A stretch of 64,000 nucleotides of DNA from an uncultured delta proteobacterium (lineage in GTDB: Bacteria; Desulfobacterota; BSN033; UBA1163): assembly GCA_963827685.1 (NCBI GenBank), contig CAWHBU010000007.1, forward strand, positions 96,001-160,000, given 5' to 3'. Every line of letters starts with the position of its first letter. The first letter of the stretch is position 1. Made by a program: the position numbers and the translations under genes. Shown piece by piece: positions 51,020 through 61,276 of the stretch. A model generated the notes under the pieces. It was not told the origin of the DNA and did no database searches. It saw only the letters and a list, made by a program, of their open reading frames with translations.

Positions 51020-51883
51020 CTAATTTTTTTGGCCTTGTAAACTTCTCCATTCAACTGAGTTGGGAAAGAAAAGAGAACTCCCATATCTGTCTTTACCAAA
51101 GTCCCTGATGATCCTTTGGCCTTTCTCCGGAGAAGTCAGCCATTTTACAAAGATCATCACATCTTCATAATTTGCCTTCGGAAACTTCTTGGGGTTTACA
51201 GGAATCAGAGTCATATAATTCACAAGGGCATCATCTTTTTCTACCAACACAACCAATTTGATCTGGCCCTTCAGCGTAAGATAAGTAGCACGGTCAATCA
51301 CCGTATAAGCCTCTTTCTGGTCTGCATAGCACAGGGTGGGCACATTTCCCTCTGACCCTTTCTCATAAATGACATACCAGGAACCTGAAGGTTTGATCCC
51401 GGCTTTCTCCCACAACTGCATTTCCGCCACATGGGTTCCTGATTTGTCGCCCCGACTGATAAAAGTAACACCCCTCTCCGAAATCCTCTTAAGAGCCCTG
51501 GCGGCTTGTTGCATTCCTTTAATTCCGGCTTGATCATTGGAAGGGCCAACAATTACAAAATCGTTATACATCAAATCGATTCTTTCAGTCCCAAAGCCTT
51601 CACTCACAAATTTCTCTTCAAGAGATTTAGCATGGACCAAAACCAAATCCACATTTCCCTTTCGAGCAATATCTAAAGCTGCGCCAGTCCCTGAGCCCAC
51701 ATGGCGTACCCGGATACCTGTTTCTTTTTCAAATTCATTTTCCAGTAGATCAACAATGCCCGAGTCGATAGGGCCGATCGTACTGGCCATCAGGATAAAT
51801 TTACTGCTTTGAGCCAGACCCAACGAGGAATAGAGCAATAGTGAACAGAAGAATCCAACAGAAATCCATTTCTTCACACGCAC
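51020..51883 (-). CDS. Second TupA-like binding protein with variant motif
   Basis: ASTIGP in place of ATTTST; SRGDKSGTH conserved. Confidence 0.8.
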   Translation of the reverse strand: MRVKKWISVGFFCSLLLYSSLGLAQSSKFILMASTIGPIDSGIVDLLENEFEKETGIRVRHVGSGTGAALDIARKGNVDLVLVHAKSLEEKFVSEGFGTERIDLMYNDFVIVGPSNDQAGIKGMQQAARALKRISERGVTFISRGDKSGTHVAEMQLWEKAGIKPSGSWYVIYEKGSEGNVPTLCYADQKEAYTVIDRATYLTLKGQIKLVVLVEKDDALVNYMTLIPVNPKKFPKANYEDVMIFVKWLTSPEKGQRIIRDFGKDRYGSSLFFPNSVEWRSLQGQKN

Positions 51884-51894
51884 TCTCCTTTAGA

Positions 51895-52812
51895 CTATTT
51901 TCTTGAATAGAGAACTTTCCCTGAATTCTTGAAGTCGTAGCTTCCCAATCTTTCAACCCTGCTTCGAAATTCCTGGGAGTTTAGAATTTCGATGAAAGCC
52001 TGAACTCCTTTTTCGAAAAAGGTCGATTGATCAAGGAGCATATCAAAGCTTTCCCGGGTGACCGGGATAAATGGAAGACCGAGGAGTTTAGAAACGGCGA
52101 TGGTCGCAATCCCGACATCCGCTTCCTTTGAGAGGATCGAAAGACCCACTTCAAAATGTGTGTAGACCTCTTTTCCATACCCGTTGATCTTAGAAGGTAA
52201 AATCTGCAATCGCTTCAGGTGATGGTCTAAAAGCATTCTTGTTCCAGAACCCTTCTGCCGATTGACAAACCTGATCCCCTTTTCAGCCAAATCCTCGAAC
52301 CCACCGACATGGAAAGGATTTTTAGGAGCAACGACAAACCCAAGGTCCCGGCGAAAGAGATTGACCACAACGGGTTTCACATTAGGAAGATAGGTTGGAA
52401 GGAAAGGGATATTATATTCACCGCTTTTCGGATCAAATAGGTGAGACCAGGCAATATCCGTGTAACCCATATTTAAGGCCTTGAGTCCGTCGGTGCTTCC
52501 TGTATTGGCAGAAAAGATATAAAATTCAGGATACGATTTTTTCATATAGGTTTGGAGCATATCGAGGATCGGATCGTTGCTGCCCGAAGCCAGAAGGGCC
52601 CCTCCCATTCGTCTGCTTTTCTGCCGAGCCTCTCCAAGACCAATCTTGGCGTTCGATTCAATCCATTCATCAATCAATTTCCTTGGAAAAACCCACTTCC
52701 CGGTTACCCGGGTAGACGGGATCTTTTTGGATTTGATCAAGGCATAGACCTGCTTTTCATGGATTCCCAAATATTTAGCCGCTTCTTTGGTATTCATCAT
52801 CTCGTCTGGCAT
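51895..52812 (-). CDS. Excisionase-type HTH plus periplasmic-binding-fold regulator (TaoR-like, Mo/W sensing)
   Basis: MNTKEAAKYL..IP...GKW.F HTH; GS.D, GS..GL and NRQ.GSGTR motifs. Confidence 0.8.
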   Translation of the reverse strand: MPDEMMNTKEAAKYLGIHEKQVYALIKSKKIPSTRVTGKWVFPRKLIDEWIESNAKIGLGEARQKSRRMGGALLASGSNDPILDMLQTYMKKSYPEFYIFSANTGSTDGLKALNMGYTDIAWSHLFDPKSGEYNIPFLPTYLPNVKPVVVNLFRRDLGFVVAPKNPFHVGGFEDLAEKGIRFVNRQKGSGTRMLLDHHLKRLQILPSKINGYGKEVYTHFEVGLSILSKEADVGIATIAVSKLLGLPFIPVTRESFDMLLDQSTFFEKGVQAFIEILNSQEFRSRVERLGSYDFKNSGKVLYSRK

Positions 52813-52835
52813 GACTTCCTCCAATAAATAACAAA

Positions 52836-52898
52836 ATATTAAATGAGACGGAAATGCTTGTCAATGAATATATTTACAAATAACTACCTTTTATTACT
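52836..52898 (-). promoter_or_regulatory. Regulator/tup operon promoter with upstream GTAATAAAAGGT site
   Basis: Minus strand TTGACA-N17-TAATAT. Confidence 0.6.
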
Positions 52899-53101
52899 CC
52901 AAAATCCCTCTTATTTGGTATCAAATCTTTCTCTTTACTCTTTAAGAGTTACTTTCCCAGTAGGATGGAATTGTTTTCCGATTTCAGACGGAGGTCAGAT
53001 TCCTTGGCTATGAGCACCGATCAGGTCGGGCAGGATGAATAACAGGGGATCATCTGTCAAACTAAAGGCTAAATTATTGGGATGGAAATGTCCATATTAT
53101 G

Positions 53102-53171
53102 AGATAATAAGTAATAAAAAGTAATAATAAGTTATTTTTTTATTGACAACTCGCCTGGCCTCAATTATCAT
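53102..53171 (+). promoter_or_regulatory. Direct-repeat operator plus sigma-70 promoter of the TonB receptor operon
   Basis: TAATAAWAAG 10-bp periodic repeats followed by TTGACA-N17-TATCAT. Confidence 0.65.
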
Positions 53172-53387
53172 GTGTCACCAATTATGAAACGCCTCTTTTG
53201 AGTAGCTGATCAACATCTTGAAAAAATTGATGCTCCAGTAGCTCGATAGTCCTGGATTGGCATGATGCAGGGAAAGGCAAAAGAAAAAGGCAAATCGTTA
53301 GCGATTCAGCCTTCGGCGATCCTGGGGCAAGAGGTTTTTAAACTCTTGCGAGAAAGATAATTCTACACTTCAATCAAGGAGGGATTT

Positions 53388-55514
53388 ATGAAAAAGGGGG
53401 GAGTTTTCTTGATAGGCATGTGTTTGATTGTTCTTGTTTGCTTCAATGCTGCATGGGCAGAGGAAACTGCTAAAAGCGAGAGTAAGAAAGACTACCAAGT
53501 ATTTGACCTTGGGGAAATCTTTGTAACATCTGAGAAGCCGCCGGCAGTTCAAGATGTGGGCATCAGAAATGAAGTAAGCGCTGAAGACATCAAGGCCACG
53601 AATAGTACTACCGCTGCCGAGGCCTTGGCGTATGTCCCGGGGATTCGGGTTTCAACAGGACGCAAGAACCAACCCACGATTCAAATTCATGGGATGGATC
53701 AAACCCATACTTTGGTCCTCATTGACGGCGTCCCTTATTATGAAACCAAATACGGATTTCTCGATTTGAATGAGATTCCCGTCGATAACATCGCAAAAAT
53801 CGAGGTCACCAAGGGAGCGGCCTCTGTCCTCTACGGACCAAATGCTTTCATGGGGGTTGTCAACATCATTACGAAGAAACCTACTGAAAAACCTTCTGCC
53901 GACGTAACCCTGGAGTTCGGACCCTACGATACTAACAGGGAATCGGTTTCTCATGGCATGAAGGTCGGTATCTTCAGCTACTGGTTGAGCTACACCCATC
54001 AAGAGTCAGACGGATGGAGTTTGCCTAATGCTTTCATTCCACAGATCGGAACCATTACGAAAAAACCAGGGTCTACAACCAACGCCATCTTGCAAGATAC
54101 CGGCCCTCGTATTAATTCTTATTTCAAGACTGACGCCTTCTGGGCCAAAGTGGGCATCGATCCAAATCCAGGCTCAGAATACTATGTGAACTTCCATTAT
54201 ATCACCAGAGATAAAGGGGATCCTCCTTCGATATATGGTGGAACAACATTCCTCAGCCCGCCTGCCAATGCCTTTTCATCCATCTTTGACCAGATTCCAA
54301 AGTACGACGATTGGGGCATCGATTTGAGCGGGCAGCAAAAAGTCCTCAACCAATTGACCCTCAAGGGGAAGTTGTTTTATCACAATCACGTCGATGACTA
54401 CGCTTCCTATTCAGATCCGTATTATAGCAACGAAATTGCAATAAGCAGATACGAAGATTACAATTTGGGTGGGTCACTTATGGCAGACGTTCGACCTTTG
54501 GAGTGGGATATCATCAGGCTTGCTTTTAATTACAGAGGCGATTCCCACAAGGAGCGGGCTAACGATTCCCTGCCCTTTGCACCGTCATTTTCCTACACGG
54601 GGTCCGTTGGTCTTGAGAATGAGTTTAACTTAATAAAAAATTTATCCGTAGTTGCAGGAATCGGCTATGATTGGTTTAATGTCACAGAAGACAAGGTGAA
54701 TCAGATCACCAAGGCAGGAATTTACACCGGGCAAGTGAATGCAGGAAAGCGACCCGAAATGGACAACTGGGATCCAATGATTGGCGCTAACTACAACCTT
54801 ACTGACACCACGAGACTTTTTGGCTCGATTGCTCGCAAGGTGCGCTTCCCGACGCTGAACGACCTCTATTCATCCAAAGGTGGAAATCCAAACCTGAAGG
54901 CTGAAAAAACAATCAACTATACCCTTGGGGTCTCCCAATCCTTATCCAAATACGCAAAGGTAGAACTTGCTGGTTTCTATCATGACATTTCGGACTTCAT
55001 CAGTAACAGTGCAAATCCTATTCAAAATCCTTTGGCCCAGTTCCAAAATTACGCCAAAATCCAGTTGTTAGGGTTTGAGGTAAATGGAGAAATTTCCCCG
55101 ATGAAAGACCTGGTCCTCAATGCCGGTTACATGTTTAATAATGCCAGAGATAGAAGTATAGGTGCGGTAACGAGCGATGTCGCCAATATCCCTGAACATA
55201 AAATTGACGTAGGGGTCCACTATACGATCCCTTACGTCACGATTCCTTACATCAACAGCGCTACTCGTCTTGATCTTGAAGGCATCTATATGGCCAGGGT
55301 CTTCAGCCAGGTTCCAACCCCCCAATTTCCAACTCAGGCGACACAAATGGTCCACGGCTACTTTACTGCAAATGCCAGAATTTCAACGAGTTTCCTAAAA
55401 TATTTTGAAGCCTATCTGGCGGTCAACAACATCTTCGACAAGAATTATCAGTCAGAATACGGCTTCCCCGGTCCAGGGCGATGTTATTATGTCGGAATTT
55501 CTGCGAGGTATTAA
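53388..55514 (+). CDS. TonB-dependent receptor
   Basis: Signal peptide, plug motifs LIDG and IEVTKG..S.LYG, C-terminal NIFDK.Y..GR....Y. Confidence 0.9.
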   Translation: MKKGGVFLIGMCLIVLVCFNAAWAEETAKSESKKDYQVFDLGEIFVTSEKPPAVQDVGIRNEVSAEDIKATNSTTAAEALAYVPGIRVSTGRKNQPTIQIHGMDQTHTLVLIDGVPYYETKYGFLDLNEIPVDNIAKIEVTKGAASVLYGPNAFMGVVNIITKKPTEKPSADVTLEFGPYDTNRESVSHGMKVGIFSYWLSYTHQESDGWSLPNAFIPQIGTITKKPGSTTNAILQDTGPRINSYFKTDAFWAKVGIDPNPGSEYYVNFHYITRDKGDPPSIYGGTTFLSPPANAFSSIFDQIPKYDDWGIDLSGQQKVLNQLTLKGKLFYHNHVDDYASYSDPYYSNEIAISRYEDYNLGGSLMADVRPLEWDIIRLAFNYRGDSHKERANDSLPFAPSFSYTGSVGLENEFNLIKNLSVVAGIGYDWFNVTEDKVNQITKAGIYTGQVNAGKRPEMDNWDPMIGANYNLTDTTRLFGSIARKVRFPTLNDLYSSKGGNPNLKAEKTINYTLGVSQSLSKYAKVELAGFYHDISDFISNSANPIQNPLAQFQNYAKIQLLGFEVNGEISPMKDLVLNAGYMFNNARDRSIGAVTSDVANIPEHKIDVGVHYTIPYVTIPYINSATRLDLEGIYMARVFSQVPTPQFPTQATQMVHGYFTANARISTSFLKYFEAYLAVNNIFDKNYQSEYGFPGPGRCYYVGISARY

Positions 55515-55648
55515 TACAAACGCATTAAATAAATTGTCTTTGCGAGGAATGAAATGACGAAGCAATCTCGTATTTATGGAGCGAGATTGCCACGCTCCCG
55601 CTGGTCGCTCGCAATGACAATGTAAAAGCATTTAATGCGTTTGTATTA
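55512..55648. mobile_element. MITE-like element with perfect 19-bp terminal IR
   Basis: TAATACAAACGCATTAAAT / ATTTAATGCGTTTGTATTA; internal TTGCGAG..GCAATCTC..GAGATTGC..CTCGCAA palindrome. Confidence 0.7.
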
Positions 55649-55702
55649 GTTGTTAAGGGTTCTCCCCGAGGACCAATGAGCATCACAAAAAAGGAGGATC
55701 AT

Positions 55703-57460
55703 ATGAAAAAAAAGTTAGCGTTGCCACATTTTTTCCTTTTCATCTTCTTTTTATGTTTTCTTGCAGTAAATGGATGGACAGCATCCTTACCAACGATCAG
55801 CATCACAGGCTCGGTCAGGCAGCCTTTAAATCTGACCCTCGAAGACCTGCAAAGATTAGAAACCGTTACGGTCCGGTTGAATGAGGTGACCAGGGATCAT
55901 CAATATAACGGCGCATTTTATTTCCGGGGGGTTCCCTTAAAAACATTGCTTGAACTTGCCTATGTTCAAAAAGAAGAAACAGGCTTTTCAAAACTTAATG
56001 ACCTTGCCGTTGTGGTGCGTAATAAGGACGGAAAGCAGACCGTCCTTTCATGGGGGGAGGTATTTTTCAGCAACCCCGGAGAAGTGGTACTGACCTTTTC
56101 CGGTACTCCCATTATGCCGCACGCAGACTGCAAGATTTGTCATGGGCCTGAGGTTTATCAGTCCAGGCTGGACATTCTTTCACGCCGGGTAGGCCTCCCC
56201 AAACTTGTCGTTGCCAATGATTTCTACACAGACCGTTCCCTTGAAGACGTAACAAATATCGAAGTGGTTGATCTGCATCTCAAAATGGTTTTTAAAAAAA
56301 CTCAAAACCTCTTCTCACCTGGGTTCATGGTAACAGGCGATGTAAAACAAACCTTAAATATCTCTGAACTTGCTTCTTATCCCCGTGCCGAGGCTCCGGC
56401 GAAAATGATAGGAGACGGAGCAGGTTATCATGGCCTGGAGTCTTACGGAGGGGTCCTTCTTTCAGAACTCCTCAAAAAAGCAGGCGTAACACCGGATTTT
56501 AATCAAGCCATCGTCATCTCAGCGCCTGATGGTTACCGTACCCTTCTTTCCTGTGGAGAAGTGTTCTTATCTTCAAGAGGAAAGAGCATCATGATTGCCG
56601 ATCAGGTGGCAAATCAACCTGTCAAGAAGGATGGGAAGTTTAAGCTTATCCTACCCGATGATCTCTCCGCTGACCGGACGGTGAAAGCCGTCAGCAAGAT
56701 CGAGGTGGTGTCCTTAAACCCCAAATCCAATTTCTACATTATAGGATTGGGCTGTTCCGACACCCGACTGGTTACCCTGGAGGCTATTTCCGCCATGGGC
56801 AAAGCTGATATCTTTGTTTGCGTAGAGGACCTCCAGAAACGGTTCGCCAAATACATCGGGAACAAACCGGTGCTCTTTGATCCTTTCAAGAGCAAACGGC
56901 ACCAGGCTAAACAGAGCTCTTCCCATGTGGATGCTAAGTACGGCCAGGAATCTATTACTGAGGAGACAAAGCGCGACATCCAAACGATCCGGGAAGCGCT
57001 CCAAGCCGGGAAAACGGTTGCCTTTCTCGAATACGGCGACCCAACCCTCTATCCAAGCTGGATGCACTGGCTCGGCGACTTGGCGAAAGAAGCGCATTAC
57101 ATCCCGGGCATCAGCGCTTTTAACGCCTCGAACGCTATGATCGGGAGGCATATTGGCTGTAAGGGATCGATCATTCTCACAGTCCCAAGGGGTCTGCAGG
57201 AGAATGAGCCCCTGCTCAAGGCAGTAGCGGAAAATGGCGACACGGTGGCTATCTTTGTCGGGCTGAAGGAGTTGAAAAATCTCAAACCTCTCTTCCAAAA
57301 GCACTACGCAAACACAACACCCGTCCATCTTGTCTACAGGGCAGGATATTCTGACAGTGAATATTTGGTGAAAACCACGATTGCAGAAGTTGTCGAGGTG
57401 GCGGAGAAAGAACAGGAGAAGTATTTGGGAATGATTTATATCGGCCCGTGCCTGAAGTAG
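55703..57460 (+). CDS. Exported protein: two molybdopterin-oxidoreductase-like domains, CxxCH, C-terminal tetrapyrrole-methylase domain
   Basis: Signal peptide; GV.L..LL repeats and DGY; CKICH; IGLG..D, GDP.LY and PGISAF motifs. Confidence 0.7.
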   Translation: MKKKLALPHFFLFIFFLCFLAVNGWTASLPTISITGSVRQPLNLTLEDLQRLETVTVRLNEVTRDHQYNGAFYFRGVPLKTLLELAYVQKEETGFSKLNDLAVVVRNKDGKQTVLSWGEVFFSNPGEVVLTFSGTPIMPHADCKICHGPEVYQSRLDILSRRVGLPKLVVANDFYTDRSLEDVTNIEVVDLHLKMVFKKTQNLFSPGFMVTGDVKQTLNISELASYPRAEAPAKMIGDGAGYHGLESYGGVLLSELLKKAGVTPDFNQAIVISAPDGYRTLLSCGEVFLSSRGKSIMIADQVANQPVKKDGKFKLILPDDLSADRTVKAVSKIEVVSLNPKSNFYIIGLGCSDTRLVTLEAISAMGKADIFVCVEDLQKRFAKYIGNKPVLFDPFKSKRHQAKQSSSHVDAKYGQESITEETKRDIQTIREALQAGKTVAFLEYGDPTLYPSWMHWLGDLAKEAHYIPGISAFNASNAMIGRHIGCKGSIILTVPRGLQENEPLLKAVAENGDTVAIFVGLKELKNLKPLFQKHYANTTPVHLVYRAGYSDSEYLVKTTIAEVVEVAEKEQEKYLGMIYIGPCLK

Positions 57461-57470
57461 AGCCCGAGTC

Positions 57471-58808
57471 ATGCAACTCAAGCGCAGGCTTAACCTTTTT
57501 GATGCGACTCTGCTCGTTATCGGTAACGTGGTTGGGGCAGGTATCTTCACAACGAGCGGCTTTTTGGCCGGTGAGCTGCCCCAACCCTTGCTTTTTATCG
57601 CCATCTGGGTCATAGGGGGACTTCTTACGTTATGCGGAGCCTTGACCTATGCCGAGATGGCGGGGATGTTTCCCCGTTCGGGCGGAGATTACCAATTCTT
57701 AAAAGAGGCATATGGCCCATGGGCGGGTTTTCTCCTGGGCTGGGTCAGCTTTTGGGTGATCACCCCAGGCTCCATTGCCGTGCTTTCCATTGCGATGGTA
57801 GCGTATATAAAAGGTTTTCTCCCTCTTCATTACGCTCTTTCAGAAAAGTTCTTAGCAGTGGCAATCATCTCTTTCCTCTCTTTTATAAACTACCGAGGGG
57901 TACGCTTGAGTGGAACGATACAGGACATTTTTACCCTGGGAAACCTGCTCATCATTCTTGCATTAATCTTAGGCGGATTAACATCTGGAAACGGCAATTG
58001 GCAGCACTTTACGGCGGCCTCTCCAGCCTCTTTGCCTTTTCCCAAACTTTTTGGACCCGCGATGATTGCGGTGCTTTTTACTTATAGCGGTTGGTTTGCT
58101 TCTGCCTACATTGGGGCCGAAGTCAAAAACCCTGAGAGGAATCTTCCCTTTTCCCTGTTATTGGGGACAATCATCGTTACCCTTTTTTACACGGCTATCA
58201 ATCTTGTTTATCTCTATGCCCTTCCGCTTTCACAACTGAAAGGTACTGTCAATGTGGCACAAGTTACGGCAGGGACCCTTTTCAACCCCAGGGTTGCTCA
58301 GGTCGTTTCCTTATCGATCATTCTGGCTATCAGCGGCAGCATCAATGCGACGATCCTTGGGGGAACGCGCATCTATTACGCGATGGCTGAAGACAAGATC
58401 TTCTGGTCCCCCCTGAAAAGGCTTCACCCCAAGTACGGCACTCCCCATTTTTCCATTTTGAGTCAACTGATTTTAGCCTGCATCCTGGTTTCATTAGGAA
58501 CGTTTGGCCAATTGCTAAGCTATGTGGTGTTTGTGATGCTACTCTCCTCCATTGCCGCAGGCGTGGCCCATTTTATATTGCGTCTGCGAAAACCGGGCCT
58601 GCCAAGACCTTACCGCACCGGAGCATATCCTGTTGTCCCTCTCCTATTTATTTGTTTTTATATTTGGATTGCCATTCAAATAGCCTATGCCAAGCCGCTG
58701 ACCTCCATCGCAGGTCTGATCATCACTCTTTCTGGATTGCCTTTCTTTATCTGGTTTAAAACAATCAGATTTCGAGGAAAAAACAAGATGGATTACGGAA
58801 TGGCTTAG
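57471..58808 (+). CDS. APC family amino acid permease
   Basis: GAGIF, YAE.A..FP.SGG.Y, YSGW and EVKNP motifs. Confidence 0.9.
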   Translation: MQLKRRLNLFDATLLVIGNVVGAGIFTTSGFLAGELPQPLLFIAIWVIGGLLTLCGALTYAEMAGMFPRSGGDYQFLKEAYGPWAGFLLGWVSFWVITPGSIAVLSIAMVAYIKGFLPLHYALSEKFLAVAIISFLSFINYRGVRLSGTIQDIFTLGNLLIILALILGGLTSGNGNWQHFTAASPASLPFPKLFGPAMIAVLFTYSGWFASAYIGAEVKNPERNLPFSLLLGTIIVTLFYTAINLVYLYALPLSQLKGTVNVAQVTAGTLFNPRVAQVVSLSIILAISGSINATILGGTRIYYAMAEDKIFWSPLKRLHPKYGTPHFSILSQLILACILVSLGTFGQLLSYVVFVMLLSSIAAGVAHFILRLRKPGLPRPYRTGAYPVVPLLFICFYIWIAIQIAYAKPLTSIAGLIITLSGLPFFIWFKTIRFRGKNKMDYGMA

Positions 58809-58964
58809 GATGTGGATTTTCGGGTACCACAAGCTCTTAAAATCGTAGTCAACACTTATCGAATTAAAGTTCCCCTTGTAAATGATGATGTGCTTTGAGC
58901 ACAGTAGCAATAAATGACAGACTCTTTTCTTAGAGCGGCGCCTGGTCTTCAAAGGAGGAATGAG

Positions 58965-59588
58965 ATGTTTGCAGGGAAAACAGTGTGGGAAATCATTCAG
59001 ATTGGTGGTTTCACGATGTACATCCTACTCTTCTGCTCTTTTTTATCCATCACCATCCTTTTGGAAAGGATCATTTACTACAGAAGACTATCCCGAACCA
59101 AAAGATCGGAATTTATGACGAGAATAAAAAGGGCATTGAAAAGTGGGAGTATTGAAAAGGCCATGGAAATCTGCAAGCACACTCATGCGCCTATCTCGAA
59201 TGTCATTTATTCCGGACTGGTGCTCCATGATCACCATGAAAAACAAATATCCAGCGCGATGGAGCGAGAGATCACGGTCGAAACCACAAAATTAGAGCGT
59301 TTCACGAGCATCGTGGGAACCATTGGGAACACGGCTGTTTATATCGGGCTCTTTGGAACAGTGCTCGGGATCATCAGGGCATTTCATGATATCGCCGTGG
59401 CCGGAGCCGGTGGAATGAGCATTGTCATCGGGGGGGTGGCCGAAGCACTGGTCTGTACGGCCATGGGGCTTTTCGTAGCTGTCCCTGCAGTCATCGCATT
59501 CAATTACTTTATGAAAAGAGTTGAACGGTTTATCAATGATATGGAAATATGCGCTTCCGAATTAATCGACCTGATGGGCAAGGAATAA
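58965..59588 (+). CDS. exbB: ExbB/TolQ proton channel
   Basis: IGLFGTV.GI and GVAEAL..TA.GL motifs. Confidence 0.85.
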   Translation: MFAGKTVWEIIQIGGFTMYILLFCSFLSITILLERIIYYRRLSRTKRSEFMTRIKRALKSGSIEKAMEICKHTHAPISNVIYSGLVLHDHHEKQISSAMEREITVETTKLERFTSIVGTIGNTAVYIGLFGTVLGIIRAFHDIAVAGAGGMSIVIGGVAEALVCTAMGLFVAVPAVIAFNYFMKRVERFINDMEICASELIDLMGKE

Positions 59589-59594
59589 AGTATT

Positions 59595-59996
59595 ATGAAG
59601 AGAAAAAATAGAAGATCCCGATTAATGGCAGAGATTAACATCACCCCTTTTACCGATGTGGTTCTGGTTCTATTGATCATCTTCATGATCGCTACCCCTT
59701 TCATTTATCAATCCAGTCTGAAAGTTCAATTGCCCAAGGCATCGAAATCTGAGGAGACATCGCGAGACATCATCATCAACATTAATGCTCAGGGAGAGGT
59801 TTTCTTTGAGGATACGAAACTTGATTTAGAGACGCTCAAATATAAGCTGAGGGCTATGATGAGAAGTAAGCCGGACGCGTTTGTGATTGTTAACGGGGAT
59901 AAGAATGTCAAATATGATTCAGTGATACAGGTGATGGATGTCTTAACGCAATCGGGCGTCAAGAACCCTGGCTTAGGGATAGAACTAAAAAAATGA
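59595..59996 (+). CDS. exbD: ExbD/TolR protein
   Basis: INITPFTDVVLVLLIIFM motif. Confidence 0.85.
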   Translation: MKRKNRRSRLMAEINITPFTDVVLVLLIIFMIATPFIYQSSLKVQLPKASKSEETSRDIIININAQGEVFFEDTKLDLETLKYKLRAMMRSKPDAFVIVNGDKNVKYDSVIQVMDVLTQSGVKNPGLGIELKK

Positions 59997-60949
59997 ATAG
60001 ATTAAAAATTGTGGGGAAACAACCCCGTCTTCTTATGGATTTACCTCAATCGGATACAGGGGGACTGTTGAGGACAGGGGTTTTCTCTTTCCTCCTCCAT
60101 ATTGTCTTAATCAGCTTTCTGATTCTTAACCTGAAGACAGGAACCACAAGAGGTAGGTTTCCTGTTTATCGGGTGACCATTCAACCCTTATCCCTTCAGA
60201 ACAACTCGAAACCCCTTCTCCCCCAGGCGTTGCCAGCTCCCCAGCCCATTCCTGTAAAACCTCAAATTCAGAAAGAAGAAATTAGGCCAAAGGAAGACGT
60301 AAAAAAGAATGAACCTGTTAAAGAACCAAAACAAGTCACTCAACTCAAGGAGGATGAGCAAACCATACAAAAGCCAATCCCCTTACCAATGGCTGAAACA
60401 TCGACTTTGAATACGGACTTAACACTGAAAAAGGAAGAAATTCTCTCTATTCCTACGGTCCTCCCCCCTCAAGAAAAAAATACCTTAACAAAATCAGGAA
60501 CTGGAGGTTCTTCCCTCAGCGGTTCTGGTGAAGGAGAAGGAATTGGAGGAGGGTCTCGATGGGGAGGTATAGGAAAAGGGACTGGGACGGAACGAGGGGG
60601 TTCCGGTTTTGGAGGTTCCGGAAAAGGGTCAGGGACTGGAAAGGGGGGCGGTCGGGGTGGTTCTGGTGCAGCCTCACCCATATATGGTGAGAATCCAAAA
60701 CCTCCCTATCCTCTGGAAGCCAGGGAAAGAGGATACCAGGGGAAAGTCTTATTGAAGGTGGAGGTTCTTCCCGATGGCCGGGTGGGTGAGATTGAGTTGA
60801 AAGAGTCTTCTGGCTACGAAGTGCTTGATCAATCTGCTCTCGCCACGGTGAAAAAATGGAGATTTATTCCTGCCAGGAAGGGAAAAGTTGCAATCTCCTG
60901 CTGGGTAAACGTACCGATTACTTTTCAGCTCAAAGATATTTCCTTCTGA
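59993..60949 (+). CDS. tonB: TonB energy transducer
   Basis: S..LH TM motif, Pro/Gly-rich linker, P.YP..AR, SSG...LD and W.F.PA motifs. Confidence 0.9.
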   Translation: MNRLKIVGKQPRLLMDLPQSDTGGLLRTGVFSFLLHIVLISFLILNLKTGTTRGRFPVYRVTIQPLSLQNNSKPLLPQALPAPQPIPVKPQIQKEEIRPKEDVKKNEPVKEPKQVTQLKEDEQTIQKPIPLPMAETSTLNTDLTLKKEEILSIPTVLPPQEKNTLTKSGTGGSSLSGSGEGEGIGGGSRWGGIGKGTGTERGGSGFGGSGKGSGTGKGGGRGGSGAASPIYGENPKPPYPLEARERGYQGKVLLKVEVLPDGRVGEIELKESSGYEVLDQSALATVKKWRFIPARKGKVAISCWVNVPITFQLKDISF

Positions 60950-61063
60950 GCTGGTATAAGATATTTGGTGTAAAAAGAGAGAGGGGTGTTATCCTCTTAG
61001 GAAGATTTTCGGCAAAATACAATCCCAATGAGAAAGGAGGCCAGGTTTTTGGGTTGAAAATGT

Positions 61064-61134
61064 GAATAATATAAGATAATAAGTAATAAAAAGTTATTTT
61101 TTTTCTTGACAAATAAAATCCTCCTTATTATTAT
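61064..61134 (+). promoter_or_regulatory. Direct-repeat operator plus sigma-70 promoter of the porin gene
   Basis: AGATAATAAGTAATAAAAAGT shared with the 53102 site; TTGACA-N17-TATTAT. Confidence 0.65.
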
Positions 61135-61276
61135 GTTGACTCGATTTTTGGAAATTCGTTGCAATCCTTGGAAAGGAAGGGAAGATTTGACTCAAGTGAA
61201 GTTGGTTGTGAATTTTATTAATACGCTCAGAAATCACGAAACACGATTCACGAATCACAGAAGGAGGAGGGGGGAG

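Noticed and set aside
53172-53387. Cobalamin or Moco/Wco riboswitch in the long 5' UTR of the TonB receptor
   Set aside because: Only generic hairpins; no B12 box or Moco consensus recognised by eye
56714-57613. Long antisense ORFs (also 16608-17390, 22087-22821, 43427-44137)
   Set aside because: They overlap well-supported genes on the opposite strand and have no recognisable motifs
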